Part shown: positions 33,126-42,799 of the stretch, piece after piece
Numbering within the stretch: the stretch's first letter is position 1
Layout: each line of letters opens with the position of its first letter
Assembly (NCBI GenBank): GCA_963728565.1
Contig: CAVSLC010000023.1
Location: forward strand, 285,427 to 349,426
DNA from: an uncultured delta proteobacterium
Lineage (GTDB): Bacteria; Desulfobacterota; Binatia; UBA9968
DNA length: 64,000 nt
Direction: 5' to 3'
Position numbers and translations under genes: made by a program
Notes under the pieces: model-generated
Database searches by the model: none
Told to the model about the DNA's origin: nothing
What the model saw: only the letters and a program-made list of their open reading frames with translations

Positions 33126-34142
33126 GTGATCCGTCGCTTATCAACTCTCGCAATTGCCTTGCTTATTTTATATCCGGCGACCGTGACGGCGGCGCAAGAG
33201 CGGACAAGATTGGTGATAGGCTATTCTGCAATGCAGGCGCCGGTCGCTCCGCTTTGGGTCGCGCAAGAGCAGGGGTTTTTTACCAAGTATGGTATTGAGC
33301 CCGAACTTGTTTTTGTCAGAACTACTTCCGTTCATATCGCGGGGCTAATTTCCGGTCACATCGATCTTAGCTACGGCGGTGGATCTGGAATTCTACCGGT
33401 GGCCGGACGCGGCATCGATTTGCGGTTCATAGCCTCCTTCGGCAGCCGTCTGACGCATTTCTTAGTAACACGCCCTGAGATACAACAGCCGAAAGATCTG
33501 CAAAACAAGCGAATGGGTGTCGTGAGCGTGGGGGGAACTCAGTGGATTACGACAAAGCTGGGATTGGAATATCTCGATGTTGACGAACAACGGGATAAAA
33601 TTCGCATGCTTCCCATCGGCGACCAATCGATATTACGGGGAGCACTCGAAAGCGGTAATATCGATGCCGCTTTCTTCAACGGCGCTTTGGCCGAGGATCT
33701 CAGATCCAAGGGTTTCCGCATCCTGACGGATCTGCATTCAGCCAACATCAAGACATTGAGCTCAGGCGTCATCGTTAAAGGAACTTCTCTCCAGAAAGAA
33801 CGCACTCTCACGACGAACTTGCTTCAAGCGGTGATCGAAGGGCTGGCATTTGTCAAATCGCCAACCCAAAAACCGCAGGTGATCAGAACCTTGATGGAAA
33901 GACTAAAAATCACCGATCGCGCGATTGCGGAACAGGGATACCGATACTTGCAAAGGGATCTCGATATGGGTCTTTATCCTGCGGTTGAGGGATTGAAAAA
34001 TTTGCAACGTTTTATGCGAACGTATAATCCTCGCGTTGGCGAAGTGAACGCGACTGATCTGGTGGATGACAGCGTGGTTAGGGGTCTGATCGACAATGGA
34101 TTTGTCGAAAAGATATTTCGTAGCTATGGGCTGAAGTACTAA
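33126..34142 (+). CDS. NitT/TauT ABC solute-binding protein
   Basis: Signal peptide, APLWVAQEQGFFTKYGIE, DLQNKRMGV, LVDDSVV. Confidence 0.9.
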   Translation: MIRRLSTLAIALLILYPATVTAAQERTRLVIGYSAMQAPVAPLWVAQEQGFFTKYGIEPELVFVRTTSVHIAGLISGHIDLSYGGGSGILPVAGRGIDLRFIASFGSRLTHFLVTRPEIQQPKDLQNKRMGVVSVGGTQWITTKLGLEYLDVDEQRDKIRMLPIGDQSILRGALESGNIDAAFFNGALAEDLRSKGFRILTDLHSANIKTLSSGVIVKGTSLQKERTLTTNLLQAVIEGLAFVKSPTQKPQVIRTLMERLKITDRAIAEQGYRYLQRDLDMGLYPAVEGLKNLQRFMRTYNPRVGEVNATDLVDDSVVRGLIDNGFVEKIFRSYGLKY

Positions 34143-34145
34143 AGA

Positions 34146-34287
34146 GGTTGCTGAAAACTCTGGTTGCAGGCTGCTCAAAAAGATACAAGGCGCGTGAAAA
34201 ATCGACGAGCTAAAGCGCACTTACAGTACGTTGCAGCGAGGCGATTGAGCGCAACGAAGCAATATGGTCTTTTTCAGCAGCCGGCTA
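34146..34287. repeat. ~145-bp intergenic dispersed repeat, copy B (inverted relative to copy A)
   Basis: ggttgctgaaaactctggttgcaggctgctc...acagtacgttgcagcgag...ggtctttttcagcagccggcta is a diverged reverse complement of 28652-28800. Confidence 0.8.
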
Positions 34288-34394
34288 AAGAGTAATCTCC
34301 GGATGTCGTTGGTAACTCGAACCCCTGGGCTCGGGCATCAGTTTCTGAATAGAGTTCCTCCTTAAAAATAAAAAGCGAAAGAAGGATCACAAAC

Positions 34395-35435
34395 ATGAAC
34401 GCATTTCCAATCATAGATGCCGATGGGCATGTCACCGAAACGTTGGGTAGCCTCAAGAAGTATCTGAAGGAAGAGTATCGCGGTCGACCCCTGATGACGT
34501 CTGAGGCATGGGATCGATCTTTTAGTGGTACGTTAGGTAAGCGCAATGAAGACCCGAAAGTACAATTGGCGGATATGGACCTGGATGGAATCGATATCCA
34601 GGTAGTCTTTCCGACTCATCTTTCGCTCAATGCCGAACGAGAAACAGATGTGGCGACCGATATTGCGCGCGCCTACAATGATTGGCTTGCGGCGTTCTGT
34701 GCTCATGATCCGGATCGGCTCAAGGGCGTGGCAATGGTTGCCTTACAGGACATCAACGCCGCGATTCGAGAGGTACGGCGCGCCAGTGAGGAGCTTGGAT
34801 TGGTGGGCGTCATGATGCCGACAAATGTGCGAGACCAGGACATCGGCAAACGCGAGTTTTGGCCATTCTACGAAGCAGTGGAACAACTCGGTCTCGGATT
34901 AGCCTTACATGGCGGTATCCGCGCAGCCGAGCGCATGACCGGGCGTTTCGATAGCTTCATATCCGTGCACAGTTTAGCTTTTCCGTTCGAATGCATGGCG
35001 GCGATTACCGGCCTTATCTTTGCCGGCGTGCCGGAAAAATTTCCCAAGCTTCGTATCGCTGCACTTGAGGCTTGCTGCGGGTGGGTTCCTTTCCTGATGG
35101 ACCGTCTGGACGAAGAGTTTGAGAAGCGGTCCAAGGAAGCGCCGCTGTTGAAACGAAAACCGAGCGAATATATGGCCGGCGAAAACTTTTTTTATGCTTT
35201 TGAACTGGAGGAATCAACGGTTCCCTATGTCATCGAGCGCATCGGCCCGGAAAAGCTCCTTTACTCGTCTGACTATCCACACTGGGATACTTCCTGGCCG
35301 AATACGGTGAAGATGTTTCAGGAGCGCCAAGATATATCAGATGAGCATAAACGTCAGATCGCATGGGACAATCCGCAACGGTTTTACGGTTTCAAAGCGG
35401 TTGTGAACGAACTTCAAGGTGTGATCAATCGCTGA
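34395..35435 (+). CDS. Amidohydrolase_2 family metalloenzyme (decarboxylase/hydratase type)
   Basis: IIDADGHV, DMDLDGID, RAYNDWL, ALHGG, YSSDYPH. Confidence 0.9.
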   Translation: MNAFPIIDADGHVTETLGSLKKYLKEEYRGRPLMTSEAWDRSFSGTLGKRNEDPKVQLADMDLDGIDIQVVFPTHLSLNAERETDVATDIARAYNDWLAAFCAHDPDRLKGVAMVALQDINAAIREVRRASEELGLVGVMMPTNVRDQDIGKREFWPFYEAVEQLGLGLALHGGIRAAERMTGRFDSFISVHSLAFPFECMAAITGLIFAGVPEKFPKLRIAALEACCGWVPFLMDRLDEEFEKRSKEAPLLKRKPSEYMAGENFFYAFELEESTVPYVIERIGPEKLLYSSDYPHWDTSWPNTVKMFQERQDISDEHKRQIAWDNPQRFYGFKAVVNELQGVINR

Positions 35436-35639
35436 TCGTTATACCAAGTTCATCGGCGCAAGGATGGAATCAATAACATGAGGATTGCGATCAACGTGAA
35501 CTGGAGGATCTAAAAGCAGCTGATAAGCGTAGGGAAAATCCGCTATCGACTACTTTGTTCAGGGCAATGTCTCTCTGACACTTTTGTCAGCCACTGCGGA
35601 TTTCGGAGGAGACGATGATCTATAAAATGGGCTCATCAT

Positions 35640-36563
35640 ATGGGCATTGGTATCGCTCTTGTGCTTTTCTCTACGCTGCCCCTTCAGGCCAAGGAAATCG
35701 TGATCGCAACATCATCGATGACCCTCACCAGCATTCCGTATCTTGTCGCCATTGAAAGAAAGTTCTTCGACAAGGAGGGGCTCACTGCGCAGTATGTTGT
35801 CATGCGTTCGGACCTCGCCGTGAATGGTTTGATTACCGGCGATGTTGACTACAATCAAAGCGTGTCCAGCGTACTGCGTGCCGGCGCCGCCGGCGCTCCC
35901 GTAATAACCGTCGCCGGAATTTACAATCGAACTTTCTTCGACTTAGTCGCCCGGCGCGACATCAAATCGCTTGCCGAACTGAAAGGAAAGACGGTAGGAA
36001 TCAGCCGTTACGGAGCCTCCACCGAGTATGCCCTGCGTTTCGGGCTCAAGGCCAACGGCATAGACGCCGATAAGGAGATCAAGATTCTAGCAGTGGGTGG
36101 AGATGCCGCCAGAATAGCGGGACTTCAGAACGCGACGCTGGCGGCCATCGTGTCCCAGGTGCCGGCCAATTTCTTTGCCCACAAAGCCGGTGGGCATACG
36201 CTTCTGTCTTTGGGCGAGTATCTCGAGACCCTGCTTGCCGGGGTGGGTGTCAGCCGAAAAAAAGTGGAACAAAATCGTGACGAGGTAAAACGAGTTGTCC
36301 GTGCGCTCTCTCGCGCGCTGGACTTCATGCACGCGCAGCCGGCTGACACGAAAAGCCTCATCGGAAAAAGACTCGGAACATCGGAGACAGCGATTGTCGA
36401 TCACATCTATGCTCTTGTGACGAAGTACGCCACCCGTAACGGCATCCCCTCGCAAAAAGCGATCGAGAACACGCTTTTGGGGACACCCTTCGAAGGCAAA
36501 CTGACGAATTTCGAGAAGCTATTCGATTTCTCTATGGCCCGCGAAGTCGCGGAAGGAAAGTAG
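35640..36563 (+). CDS. NitT/TauT ABC solute-binding protein
   Basis: Signal peptide, PYLVAIERKFFDKEGL, LKGKTVGISRYG. Confidence 0.88.
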   Translation: MGIGIALVLFSTLPLQAKEIVIATSSMTLTSIPYLVAIERKFFDKEGLTAQYVVMRSDLAVNGLITGDVDYNQSVSSVLRAGAAGAPVITVAGIYNRTFFDLVARRDIKSLAELKGKTVGISRYGASTEYALRFGLKANGIDADKEIKILAVGGDAARIAGLQNATLAAIVSQVPANFFAHKAGGHTLLSLGEYLETLLAGVGVSRKKVEQNRDEVKRVVRALSRALDFMHAQPADTKSLIGKRLGTSETAIVDHIYALVTKYATRNGIPSQKAIENTLLGTPFEGKLTNFEKLFDFSMAREVAEGK

Positions 36564-36610
36564 ATCAGATCGAATGCTCGCCAACTTTCGGTGTAAGGAG
36601 AAAAAAGCGT

Positions 36611-37228
36611 ATGAGCAGCGAAAATTCAAAACCGCAAAGGCAAGAGATTCTGAAGGAACTGAAGTACTCCCTAAAGGAAACGGATCTTGTGGTGGCAGCG
36701 CTGGCGGGCACGACGGCGGACAGCTATCAGATTATTGATCGTCCTGGAAATCTCTATCTGGTCGGCATGGGTATGGTGAGTCAGGTAGCATTCGGTCTGG
36801 CGACGGCGTTGCCGAATTGTAGGGTGTTCGCGCTGGACACCGATGGCAGCATGTTACTGGCCCCGAGCATCCTGCCGGTGATTGGCAGCTATAAGCCAAA
36901 GAATCTGTATATGATCGTGTTTGACAACGAACAGCTATTCGGTAGCCGTGGCGGACCGAAAAGCCAGACCGCAACCGGAACCGATATCGCCGCCATCGCG
37001 AAAGCCTCGGCAATCGAAAATGTCCGGACGCTTCGCAACCAGGATTCATTGGGTGCCGAGGTCGCGCGATTCCTGTCCGTCCAAGGGCCTTCCGTTCTGG
37101 TTGCCAAAATTCAAGCGCTGGGGCGAGGCGCGGGACCGAAAATGGATGGGCAGGAGAACAAGTATAAATTGATCCGTCACATAGAAAAAATTGCCAATAT
37201 TGAAATCCTCGGTGCTCCGAAACCATAA
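36611..37228 (+). CDS. TPP-dependent decarboxylase beta-subunit-like, copy 2
   Basis: RPGNLYLVGMGM, ALDTDGSMLL, IVFDN, TATGTDIAAIAKA. Confidence 0.85.
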   Translation: MSSENSKPQRQEILKELKYSLKETDLVVAALAGTTADSYQIIDRPGNLYLVGMGMVSQVAFGLATALPNCRVFALDTDGSMLLAPSILPVIGSYKPKNLYMIVFDNEQLFGSRGGPKSQTATGTDIAAIAKASAIENVRTLRNQDSLGAEVARFLSVQGPSVLVAKIQALGRGAGPKMDGQENKYKLIRHIEKIANIEILGAPKP

Positions 37229-37275
37229 ATAAAGCTTCGATAAACTTGGCCTTTGAACACTTCGAGGAGAACCCG

Positions 37276-37776
37276 ATGAAAGCTGAAGCAGCCAAAGCGG
37301 CCCACGATGCCATCATCAAAGCTGGTATTAATTTCGTAGCCTGTTTACCGGACTCCGCGTTTCAAGAGCTTTACCTGCCGTTATCGGATGATCCGAGAGT
37401 AACTTACCGGCAAGTGGCTAGTGAAAACGACGGTGTCGGAGTATGCATGGGCGCATGGCTGGGCGGGCTCAAGCCGGCGTTGCTCGTCGAAAACACCGGC
37501 TTTACGTTGGGCACGTACGCGCTGCTGCGGGGTCCGATAGCTTTTGGTATTCCGATCATACTCTTGATCAGTCATCGCGGCGAGCTCGGCGACGAGCGCT
37601 GGTTTTCCGTGCCGTTCGGTTGGGGCACGAAGCCGTTACTCGACAGCATGCGCATTACCCATCGTTCCGTGGAGAAAACCGAAGATGTGCAGGAAGCGAT
37701 CCTGAGCGCAGCCAAGTCCATGAATTCACTTCAGGCACCGGTGGCGGTCCTGTTTGCCGGCGCCCTTCTGTTTTGA
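37276..37776 (+). CDS. TPP-dependent decarboxylase alpha-subunit-like, copy 2
   Basis: GINFVACLPDS, SENDGVGVCMGAWLGGLKP, SHRGE; GAGGAG RBS before ATG 37276. Confidence 0.85.
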   Translation: MKAEAAKAAHDAIIKAGINFVACLPDSAFQELYLPLSDDPRVTYRQVASENDGVGVCMGAWLGGLKPALLVENTGFTLGTYALLRGPIAFGIPIILLISHRGELGDERWFSVPFGWGTKPLLDSMRITHRSVEKTEDVQEAILSAAKSMNSLQAPVAVLFAGALLF

Positions 37777-37810
37777 AGCTTCGAGCCATGACCCGTAAAG
37801 GAGCAGAGAC

Positions 37811-38770
37811 ATGAAATCTGCCTTGCTGCTGCTATGTATTCTCTGCTTTCCAATTCGAGGAGTGGCTGCCGACGCGATCAGGATCGCCTATCCCTCTACC
37901 AGTTTCACGACTGTGCCGATTGTCGCTGCGATAAAGCACGGCCATTTTCGACAGGAGGGGATACGGGCCGAGCTGATCTTCATGCGGCCCAACATCAGCG
38001 TTACCGCTCTGGTTAACGGGCAAGTAGAATTTGCTACGGTTCATGGTTCTGTGGTCAGAGCTGCGGCGCGAGGTTTGCCGGTAAAAAGCCTTATGGTGAT
38101 CGCCGATCGGCCGGCGTATTTCTTGGTCACAAAAGCCATGGTGCAATCCATCCCGGCGTTGAAAGGCAAAACCATCGGCATTGCCTCCCTGGGAGGTTCC
38201 GTTCACTTGATGACAAAGGAGCTTTTCGCCCAAAGCGGTCTCGATCCGGACAGAGATGTCTCTATGGTCGTGACTGGTGACCATAACACGAGCATTCTGG
38301 CAATGCAGGCAGGCAACGTCGACGCCATCGTCATCGCCGTGCCCTGGCAAACAGTTGCCGCGAAGGCCGGCTTTCACAACCTCACTTATTTGGGCGATGC
38401 TCTGAGATTGCCCATGGCCGGACTTGGCGCCGCTGACGAGAGTATGAGAAAACGGCCGGATCTTTTGAAGCGGGCTGTTAAGTCAACACTTCGGGCGATC
38501 GATTTTGTTCGTGACCGAAGTCACAAAAGTGAAGTGCTCGCATTGATGGGAGACTGGTTCAAGATCAGTGACGATCTCGCGCACAACGCCTATGACCAAA
38601 TGGTCCAAGCCTATCCAGCCAACGGCATGGTCTCAGACCAAGCTTTGGAAAAGGATCTCGAAGTCGCGAGGCAAACTGGAGCTATAAAAGGTCGCGTTCC
38701 GCTATCTCGCGTCGTTGACTTTCAATTCGTCAGAGAAGCCCGTCAGGAGTTATCCGGTGAGAAACCATAA
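37811..38770 (+). CDS. NitT/TauT ABC solute-binding protein
   Basis: Signal peptide, GHFRQEGI, LKGKTIGIASLGG, GLDPDRDV. Confidence 0.9.
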   Translation: MKSALLLLCILCFPIRGVAADAIRIAYPSTSFTTVPIVAAIKHGHFRQEGIRAELIFMRPNISVTALVNGQVEFATVHGSVVRAAARGLPVKSLMVIADRPAYFLVTKAMVQSIPALKGKTIGIASLGGSVHLMTKELFAQSGLDPDRDVSMVVTGDHNTSILAMQAGNVDAIVIAVPWQTVAAKAGFHNLTYLGDALRLPMAGLGAADESMRKRPDLLKRAVKSTLRAIDFVRDRSHKSEVLALMGDWFKISDDLAHNAYDQMVQAYPANGMVSDQALEKDLEVARQTGAIKGRVPLSRVVDFQFVREARQELSGEKP

Positions 38771-38827
38771 ACCTTGCGCCCTCAGGGCTTGCCGCTTTAC
38801 ACGAGGTTAGGTCGAGGATCAAGATTC

Positions 38828-39571
38828 GTGGCGAAAAATAACGAACATCAAGGACGCGTAGCAGTGATCACCGGAGGAAGTGGCGGCATCGGCACCGGCA
38901 TAGGGCGGCGTCTGCAATCCGCGGGAGTAACCGTGCACGTGCTAGACCTGAGTGACAATGCACCCGCCGATCCTGGCGCCGCGGGAGCCATACATTTTCA
39001 CTCGGTGGATATCGGTAACGAGGCTCAAGTCGACTGTGCCTTCGACCGCATTCAGTCGTTTTCTAAGAGACTGGATTACCTGGTTTGCTGCGCGGCAATA
39101 TTTCGACCTCGGCCCTTCCTCGAACTCGAACCCGAGAACTGGCAGCAAACTCTGCAAACCAACCTTACGGGTTCGTTTCTCTCTTGCCGGGCGGCGCTTC
39201 GCTGCATGCGCCCCGGAAAATTCGGTCGCATCGTATTATTCTCTTCGATGATTGCGAGAACCGGGAGCGTCCAGGGGGCGCACTACGCGGCGTCAAAGGG
39301 TGGCATACTAGGTCTTGCGCGGACCGTAGCGATAGAGGCGGCGGCCGACAACATCCGGGTGAACACAATCTCTCCAGGAATCACCGATACACCACAACCA
39401 CGCGCTTTTTTATCAGATGCCGATTTGGCGCAGAGACGGTCGCGCATTCCACTGGGACGGATCGGGGCTGTCGAAGATATGGTTGACGCCTGCATGTTTC
39501 TTCTGAGCGAACAGAGTTCCTATCTTATCGGACAGGATCTGCGTGTTAATGGGGGAGCGTCTCTGTGGTGA
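38828..39571 (+). CDS. SDR family oxidoreductase
   Basis: TGGSGGIG, YAASK, ISPGITDTPQPR (resembles the SDR at 12401). Confidence 0.92.
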   Translation: MAKNNEHQGRVAVITGGSGGIGTGIGRRLQSAGVTVHVLDLSDNAPADPGAAGAIHFHSVDIGNEAQVDCAFDRIQSFSKRLDYLVCCAAIFRPRPFLELEPENWQQTLQTNLTGSFLSCRAALRCMRPGKFGRIVLFSSMIARTGSVQGAHYAASKGGILGLARTVAIEAAADNIRVNTISPGITDTPQPRAFLSDADLAQRRSRIPLGRIGAVEDMVDACMFLLSEQSSYLIGQDLRVNGGASLW

Positions 39572-40331
39572 CTCAGACAGACAGCCGGGTCAGTATTATC
39601 ACCGGCGCGGGGAGTGGCATCGGCAAAGCAACCGCGTTGAGGTTGGCACATGCCGGCTGCATCATTTGCGCCTGTGACATCAATGAAGAGGGGCTCAGGG
39701 AAACAGCAAAAACGATCCAATCGAGCGGGCGGTACGTGTTTTACCGGCTTGATTGATGTCCGCGACCGCGAGTCTGTCGAAAGCTGGTGTTCAGAAGTTG
39801 CCGACAGGTTCGGAAAAATTGATTGCCTTTTCAGCAATGCTGGACTGAATGCACGGTCAGCTGTTGATGAGATGACTCGTTACGCAATGGAATCTAGTTA
39901 TCGATACTCACGTTACCGGCGCATTTAATTTCTGTCAGCCCGTTTTACGTCACATGGTCGAGCGCAGGAGTGGCGCGATCGTTATAACATCTTCCGATTT
40001 CGCCGTAGTCGGTGTCCCTAATGCAGCGAATTATTGCGCGGCCAAGACGGCGCTCTATTCGCTAACAAAATCTCTCGCGCTCGAGTTCGCACCCTATGGA
40101 ATTCGAGTAAACGCGATTGGTCCGGGTCCCATCGATACACCGTTGCTTCGCTCCGGCCGCACACAGGAACAGTATGAAAGCGCTCGTCGTAATTTTGAGA
40201 GCCGGCTGCCGATCAAGCGCCTCGGGCAGCCGGAAGAAGTTGCTGCCGTCGTTGAATTTCTGCTGAGTTCCGGCGCCGCCTACATCACCGGGCAACTTGT
40301 TCAGCCGAACGGCGGTCAAGTTGTCTGGTAA
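39565..40331 (+). CDS. SDR family oxidoreductase, apparent frameshifts near 39735 and 39885
   Basis: TGAGSGIG (39565 ORF), SNAG (39650 ORF), YCAAK and IGPGP (39954 ORF). Confidence 0.82.
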
Positions 40332-40431
40332 GACTTGTCTTCAAGATTTGCTTGGATCCTTGACAGAAGAAGCAGTTGGTTGCTAGGGGATTGTTAAACG
40401 AATCAAGCGGAATCTGAGAGGAATCGGGTTT

Positions 40432-41277
40432 ATGATGTCATATCCTTACGACGATGGGCGATTGATACTGGCGTTACAGATCGATCATTCCCGGGTTGCG
40501 GGATATCTCGCCGCGCACTGGGGTAACAAGGAATTTGCCAAGCCCGAGCCTTACGCGTCCGTGGTTCTAGCGGCGCAGGAACACGATACCGGTTGGTGGG
40601 AATGGGAAATGTGCCCATCAACTCTCAACGACAAGGGTTATCCGCTTGATTATCACGATGGCAGCCTTAAATACCTGGGGCAGCTTCGGCTGGACTTTTA
40701 TAAGAATGCGGTAGACCGCGTCCGGCAACGCGATAGTTATGCAGCCATGTTAATGGCGATGCATGGCGTCGCGCTCATGAACGGCGGCTACGGCAAATAC
40801 GCTTATCCTCCTGACCGTACCTCGGACCCGCGGGTGAAGGCTTACGTCGAACATCAGGAAGAACTGCGGCTCAAATTGCTCGATGATCTGCGCAAATCGG
40901 ATCAGTTCAAGGCTTTCAGCTCCGAGGATCAGGTGTGGACGAATTACGAATATATGGAGGTCTTCGACCAGCTGGCGCAATTCCTATGTAATCGCTATCC
41001 GTTGACCAGTGAGGCGCGCAAGCTTGGGCCGACTAAGACGCTAAATGATGTGGACGTACCGGTAAGACCGGGCGCGAGGCCGGTAAAAGTAAGTCTCGAT
41101 ACCATTTCTGCTAATCGCGCAGTTGTTAAACCGTATCCTTTCGACCTCGATCCTTTAAGTGTTTCTTTTTCGGCGCGGCTGATACCCAATCGCGCTTATA
41201 AGAATCCGGAAGATTTTCTTGAGGAATTTTACCGCGCAGAACGTCTTACGATCACGCATACCTTAGCGTCCGCATAA
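40432..41277 (+). CDS. DUF3891-like protein (HD-type metal motif), copy 1
   Basis: QIDHSRVAGYLAAHWGN, QEHDTGW, AMHG, FDQLAQFLC, PYPF; family recognised from memory of these motifs, needs HMM confirmation. Confidence 0.75.
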   Translation: MMSYPYDDGRLILALQIDHSRVAGYLAAHWGNKEFAKPEPYASVVLAAQEHDTGWWEWEMCPSTLNDKGYPLDYHDGSLKYLGQLRLDFYKNAVDRVRQRDSYAAMLMAMHGVALMNGGYGKYAYPPDRTSDPRVKAYVEHQEELRLKLLDDLRKSDQFKAFSSEDQVWTNYEYMEVFDQLAQFLCNRYPLTSEARKLGPTKTLNDVDVPVRPGARPVKVSLDTISANRAVVKPYPFDLDPLSVSFSARLIPNRAYKNPEDFLEEFYRAERLTITHTLASA

Positions 41278-41305
41278 TTGCTTCTATATCCATACAGAGA
41301 CAACC

Positions 41306-42166
41306 ATGAAGCCAGCTTCATTCGACTATTATTCTCCGGAATCACTAACCGAGGCTTTACAGCTACTGGAGCAGCACCGCGATGCGGCAAGGCCGCTTGC
41401 TGGTGGACAAAGCCTGGTTCCGATGATGAATTTTCGTTTGGCTCGCCCGGCGCTTTTGATCGATTTGAATAATCTTCGTGAACTCAGTTTCCTCAACATT
41501 GTAGATGGCGAATTGCGTATCGGTGCCATGACCAGACAGCGTGCCCTGGAGCGATCCGCAGTGGTGGCCGCGGGTTGGCCACTCTTGCAAGAAGCAGCTC
41601 GGCACATTGGCCACATCCACATCCGTAATCGCGGCACCATAGGGGGAAGTATCGCTCACGCTTATCCGTCCGCGGAACTCCCTCTGGCAATGATGGCGCT
41701 GGACGCATCCTTCCTGTTGCGTAGCATGCAGGGAGAAAGAATTGTTCCCGCCAGGGATTTTTTCATCGATGTAATGACAACCATCCTGGAGCCGAGCGAG
41801 CTTTTAGTCGAGATACGCGTGCCTCAGGCAAAATCACGAACTGGTTGGGGCTTTCAGGAAGTCAGTAGACGCCACGGAGATTTCGCGTTGGCAGCCGTGG
41901 CGAGCGTAATCTCGCTTCGGGAGGATCGGAGCATAGACAAAGTAAGATTAGTCTTTACCGGTGCGAAACCCCACCTCTCGAAGAAGACAGATCCTCTTAT
42001 AGGACAAAAGCCCGACCGGACAATGTTTTCGGATATCGCCGCTACCGCCGCGGCGGAACTCGACACGGAATCCGATATTCACGCAAGCTCTGAATATAGA
42101 CGGGAAGTAAGTCAGGTGCTGGCGCGCCGCGTTTTGGAAGAGGCAGCAGCTCGCGCTGCAATGTAA
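41306..42166 (+). CDS. Xanthine dehydrogenase family FAD-binding subunit, copy 2
   Basis: MKPASFDY, LAGGQSLVP, IRNRGTIGGS, RRHGDFA, SDIHASSEYRR. Confidence 0.94.
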   Translation: MKPASFDYYSPESLTEALQLLEQHRDAARPLAGGQSLVPMMNFRLARPALLIDLNNLRELSFLNIVDGELRIGAMTRQRALERSAVVAAGWPLLQEAARHIGHIHIRNRGTIGGSIAHAYPSAELPLAMMALDASFLLRSMQGERIVPARDFFIDVMTTILEPSELLVEIRVPQAKSRTGWGFQEVSRRHGDFALAAVASVISLREDRSIDKVRLVFTGAKPHLSKKTDPLIGQKPDRTMFSDIAATAAAELDTESDIHASSEYRREVSQVLARRVLEEAAARAAM

Positions 42167-42203
42167 ATGTAACACCTGGAACAGAGGCGGAAGAGAAGCA
42201 AAA

Positions 42204-42695
42204 ATGAGCAAGCGTGAGATCAACGTTACTATCAACGGCCGTCAGTACCGAGGCGATGTCGAGCCTCGAAAACTTCTGACTGATTTCCTACGGGACGATC
42301 TTGGTCTTACCGGTACCCATGTCGGCTGCGAACACGGCGTTTGCGGGGCGTGCACTGTTCTTTTGGATAATCAACCCGTGCGCGCCTGTCTGATGTTCGC
42401 GGTGCAAGTAAACGGCGCCGAATTGAAGACAATCGAGGGGTTGGCTCCCACTCCGACCGCGCTCCATCCGCTGCAGGAAAAATTTTGGGAGCTTCACGGC
42501 CTGCAGTGCGGTTTTTGCACTCCGGGAATTTTGCTGACCGCGGTAGCGCTCCTACAAGAGATCCCTAACCCCAGTGAAGACGACATCCGCGAATGGATCA
42601 GCGGAAACTTGTGTCGCTGCACCGGTTACTACAACATCATCAAATCCATTCAGGAAACAGCGAAGACCTTGAATACGGGCAAGTCAAATTTATAG
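42204..42695 (+). CDS. Xanthine dehydrogenase family (2Fe-2S) subunit, copy 2
   Basis: GCEHGVCGACTV, QCGFCTPG, GNLCRCTGY. Confidence 0.96.
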   Translation: MSKREINVTINGRQYRGDVEPRKLLTDFLRDDLGLTGTHVGCEHGVCGACTVLLDNQPVRACLMFAVQVNGAELKTIEGLAPTPTALHPLQEKFWELHGLQCGFCTPGILLTAVALLQEIPNPSEDDIREWISGNLCRCTGYYNIIKSIQETAKTLNTGKSNL

Positions 42696-42799
42696 CTGCG
42701 CTTTTCTGTTCTCTTTCCGTTTCAAGTCAAACGAATAACACTGGTATTTCGATCTAATGCCGATTTTAAGGGCATTGCGAGTTCAGAGAGTTACAACTT

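Noticed and set aside
28652-34287. Composite transposon or CRISPR array
   Set aside because: No transposase or cas gene; only two inverted copies and no repeat-spacer periodicity.
24271-37776. Phosphonate or coenzyme M biosynthesis cluster
   Set aside because: No PEP mutase or ComA/B/C in the window; the context is catabolic.
40360-40389. Possible promoter TTGACA upstream of DUF3891 copy 1
   Set aside because: The -10 match is poor (TAGGGG), so it is not supportable from sequence alone.
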